64,000 nt of DNA, taken from assembly GCA_958296055.1 (NCBI GenBank), contig CATQHS010000001.1, positions 23,570-87,569 of the forward strand, in the 5' to 3' direction. Both the position numbers and the translations under genes were made by a program. The stretch is from an uncultured Acidimicrobiales bacterium. GTDB taxonomy: Bacteria; Actinomycetota; Acidimicrobiia; Acidimicrobiales; Aldehydirespiratoraceae. The notes under the pieces are model-generated. The model saw only the letters and a program-made list of their open reading frames with translations. It was not told the DNA's origin and made no database searches. Positions within the stretch are counted from its first letter, which is position 1, and the number at the start of each line of letters is the position of its first letter. This document shows positions 61,291 to 64,000 of the stretch, in pieces.

Positions 61291-63300
61291 TCAACTGTTT
61301 CCAGCAACTTCACAGAACGGGAGTTCACCTTCGTTGAAGTCGTTGTCGACATACTGCAACGAATCTGGAATGCATCCGGTCAGCGAGTTGCCGCTCAGCC
61401 GGATCAGTTCCAAGTCGTCCAAGCCGGCCAATGTTTCGGGCACCGATCCAGTCAGCATATTGTTGCCGAGCCGCAACTCTCTCAACTTCGTCAGATTGGC
61501 GATCTCAGACGGTATCGGCCCTGTCAACCGGTTGTTTTGCAAGTTCAGCTTTATCAGCTCGTCTAAGTTGCCCAATTTCGGTGAGATATTTCCTTCGATA
61601 CTGCGGGACGGAAGTTCTAGTTCTCGGATTCGGTTGGGGTCGCCTCCGATAGTCACATGGTCCCAGTTTACGAGCGACTCGTCATAGGTCCAGTTCACAC
61701 CTGCCCCTTCGGTCAGAGCATCCTTGGCCGCCATCAAGCTCTCGCAATCGCGGACCAAACCGAGACTGTGTTCGGGGCTCGGCACAACTATGCCATTGGA
61801 GCAGGACGTATCATACGGTTCCGGCGCTATGCCTACCTGGAAGATCGGCGCTTCTTTCCCGCTTGACTTGTACCCTTCGGTGAACTCAAAGACAGCATCG
61901 GCCTTCACCGTCGCATAGTGGCCTGCCTCCGGGTAGATATTCTGGATGTTCTCTCGGTTCCAAGCGTTCCAGAGTTCGGCAAGGCGGGCCGCCGTTTCGA
62001 TGTCGCTGCCGATCAGGTCGTCGGTCTCTCCGGGGTCTTGCGCCAGATTGAAGAGTTGTGGCCCTCTCTCTGAGTCTTCTTTGATGAGTTTCGCGTTGTC
62101 GGCGCGGACCACGAACTTAGTCGAACTCGGGGTGCGAGACGACTGTCGCCAGAATAGCGCTTCATGCGGTGCTCCAACCTTCTCTCCGCGAACGAAGGGA
62201 TCAAGGTTCACACCGTCCAGTGGCCGGTCGAGGTTGGGTGCCGATCCGGCCAGGGCCAAAGCGGTGGCTGCTATGTCTAGGCTGGAGACCATCGGTTCGA
62301 ATGTCGCACCACTCGGCCATTCGGCTGGCCACGAGGCGATGAAAGGCACGCGTATTCCACCCTCGAAGAAGCTCCCCTTGCCTGTGCGGAAAGGAGCATT
62401 GTCAGCCCAGTCGTGACCCGGGTAGACGACAGGAGACACTCCACCGTTGTCGCTCAGAAAAAAGACGACGGTGTCGTCCCGGACGCCCGACCGTTCGAGT
62501 GCGTCGAGCACCCGGCCCACGTTGCCGTCCAGCGAGTCGACCATCGCTAAGTAGAGCCGGCGATTCTCGTCTTCTATGTGCGAATACTTCTCGACAAGAT
62601 CTTCAGGAGCTTGCAAAGGGGTATGGGGCGCGTTATAGGCGAGGTACAGGAAGAACGGATCCTCTCGCCGCTCTTGCACAAAGCTCACCGCCCGGTCGGT
62701 CAGAGCGTCGGTTAGATAGCCGTCCATTCCGGTGGCGCCTCTGTTCTCATTCAACGGCAAGTAGTCAATTCCCGGACGAGTGAGATCAATGTGGAAGTAG
62801 TCGTGTGCGCCGCCGATAAAGCCGTAAAAGTAGTCGAATCCACGATTGAGGGGATGGAAGGCTGGGGCGGCCCCTAGTTGCCACTTGCCAACGATGCCGG
62901 TCTGGTAACCTGCCTCGCTCAGATAAGCCGCCATGGTCTTTTCCTCCACCGGAAGGCCGTGTCCTTCGTCGAGAGGCGCATAAGCGACGTTGTACTCCAT
63001 ACCGAAACGAGCTGGATAGCGGCCGGTCATCAAACCGGCGCGTGACGGGCCGCAGAAGGGATGCACGACATAACCGTTGGAGAAAGCCACGCCCTCTTCG
63101 GCCAACCGGTCGATGTTTGGGGTCTCAATCTCGGTCGCACCGTTGTAGCTGACGTCGTTGTAACCGAGATCATCAACGAAAATGACGACGAAATTCGGCC
63201 GATTATCCTCAGAAGATCTAGCGGCCTTTCGATCAGGCAGTAGTGAGCACCCTGAGGCGATCAAAAAAACGATCAGAAGGCAAATGCGGGCGCTCTTCAT
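61291..63300 (-). CDS. Lipoprotein formylglycine-dependent sulfatase fused to a C-terminal leucine-rich-repeat domain
   Basis: Lipobox IASGC, VDDLGY, CGPSRAGLMTGR, GKW, APHTP, SDNG; then LGNLDELIKLNLQNNRLTGPIP-type repeats. Confidence 0.92.
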   Translation of the reverse strand: MKSARICLLIVFLIASGCSLLPDRKAARSSEDNRPNFVVIFVDDLGYNDVSYNGATEIETPNIDRLAEEGVAFSNGYVVHPFCGPSRAGLMTGRYPARFGMEYNVAYAPLDEGHGLPVEEKTMAAYLSEAGYQTGIVGKWQLGAAPAFHPLNRGFDYFYGFIGGAHDYFHIDLTRPGIDYLPLNENRGATGMDGYLTDALTDRAVSFVQERREDPFFLYLAYNAPHTPLQAPEDLVEKYSHIEDENRRLYLAMVDSLDGNVGRVLDALERSGVRDDTVVFFLSDNGGVSPVVYPGHDWADNAPFRTGKGSFFEGGIRVPFIASWPAEWPSGATFEPMVSSLDIAATALALAGSAPNLDRPLDGVNLDPFVRGEKVGAPHEALFWRQSSRTPSSTKFVVRADNAKLIKEDSERGPQLFNLAQDPGETDDLIGSDIETAARLAELWNAWNRENIQNIYPEAGHYATVKADAVFEFTEGYKSSGKEAPIFQVGIAPEPYDTSCSNGIVVPSPEHSLGLVRDCESLMAAKDALTEGAGVNWTYDESLVNWDHVTIGGDPNRIRELELPSRSIEGNISPKLGNLDELIKLNLQNNRLTGPIPSEIANLTKLRELRLGNNMLTGSVPETLAGLDDLELIRLSGNSLTGCIPDSLQYVDNDFNEGELPFCEVAGNS

Positions 63301-63396
63301 CTTCGCAGCAGTGAACTTTCCAGTTTCGGCAGTTGCATGGCAGGCCGATGCGCGGGCAGGAGCAGTCTGGGATCGGCGGGATCGGCGTTGCGGCAA

Positions 63397-63515
63397 ACTT
63401 CCCGTTGCGGCGAACTTCGAAGTGCAGGTGAGGACCAGTGTTCCATCTCGTTGAGCCTACTAGTCCGATGACCTCGCCCCGAGTGACGTAGTCTCCGGCT
63501 TCCACCGTCAGCTTC
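63397..63515 (-). pseudogene. M23 peptidase C-terminal fragment
   Basis: KLTVEAGDYVTRGEVIGLVGSTRWNTGPHLHFEVRRNG, with no upstream HxxxD part of the domain. Confidence 0.8.
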
Positions 63516-63551
63516 GACGAACAACGCGCCGCCTGGTCTGAGATGAGGCGG

Positions 63552-64000
63552 TCAGATGTCGAAGACCCCGTCGGCGGCCAAGGCGGCCCCGACTAGGACG
63601 GCCGCCGCCCCGGTGAGCGCTTGGCCGGCCCGGACCACCCGGGCTCCGGTCCGGCTCTGCGGCGAGGGCTGGGCCATCACCGCCGCCGTCACCGCCAGGG
63701 CGACCCCGACCACGGCGCCGGTCCGCTCCGCCCCCAGATCGGCGCCGGCGCTCACGGCCAGCACCCCGAGGCCGGGCCCGAACAGATGGGGCACGGCCCC
63801 GGGCACGATGGCCGCCTTCCATCCCGGCAGCGCCGGCTCCACTCGGGCCGGGCCGGCGACCATGTCCCGGGCGCCTACTGTGATCAGTGCCGCCCCGGCC
63901 GCGATCCGGGCGGTGGGAGCGTTGATCCCCAGGACATCCAACAGCGGCCCCGAGAGCCCCGAGATCGCCACCACCGCGATCAGCACCGTCAGCGCCCCGC
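63552..64000 (-). CDS. MarC-like membrane protein (5' end outside window)
   Basis: LSGPLLDVLGINAPTARIAAG, WKAAIVPGAVPHLFGPG, ADGVFDI. Confidence 0.75.
   Translation of the reverse strand, partial: GALTVLIAVVAISGLSGPLLDVLGINAPTARIAAGAALITVGARDMVAGPARVEPALPGWKAAIVPGAVPHLFGPGLGVLAVSAGADLGAERTGAVVGVALAVTAAVMAQPSPQSRTGARVVRAGQALTGAAAVLVGAALAADGVFDI

Overview
High-GC actinobacterial chromosome segment. Gene content and synteny point to Acidimicrobiia. A likely Na+-pumping pyrophosphatase and a eukaryote-like LRR lipoprotein suggest, by inference, a marine host-associated (sponge-type) lineage. 1-52.1 kb is core genome: a Pup-proteasome locus (trmI, arc, dop, pup, prcB) interrupted by a five-gene Aap-type amino-acid ABC transporter, then dacB, FIST-tkt-tal, a ClC transporter, rnd/mobA/pyk, an AftD-like surface-glycan operon, gltBD, an M18 aminopeptidase, trkA-trkH-trkH and hppA. 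52.1-64 kb is a variable island made of two tandem, diverged versions of one cassette (hppA 3' end - alpha/beta hydrolase - GT4 - sulfatase - variable cargo - MarC-like). The copies show reciprocal deletions and one carries a dead IS481. Most striking observations: (1) about a dozen tiny linker ORFs bridge operon junctions through start/stop overlaps; (2) the tandem cassette island; (3) an exact PafBC-type promoter motif in front of arc; (4) a sulfatase-LRR lipoprotein; (5) collapsed gene remnants (K+ channel, M23 peptidase). No rRNA, tRNA or CRISPR array was seen. All calls are by eye from the sequence and the ORF track; no searches were run.
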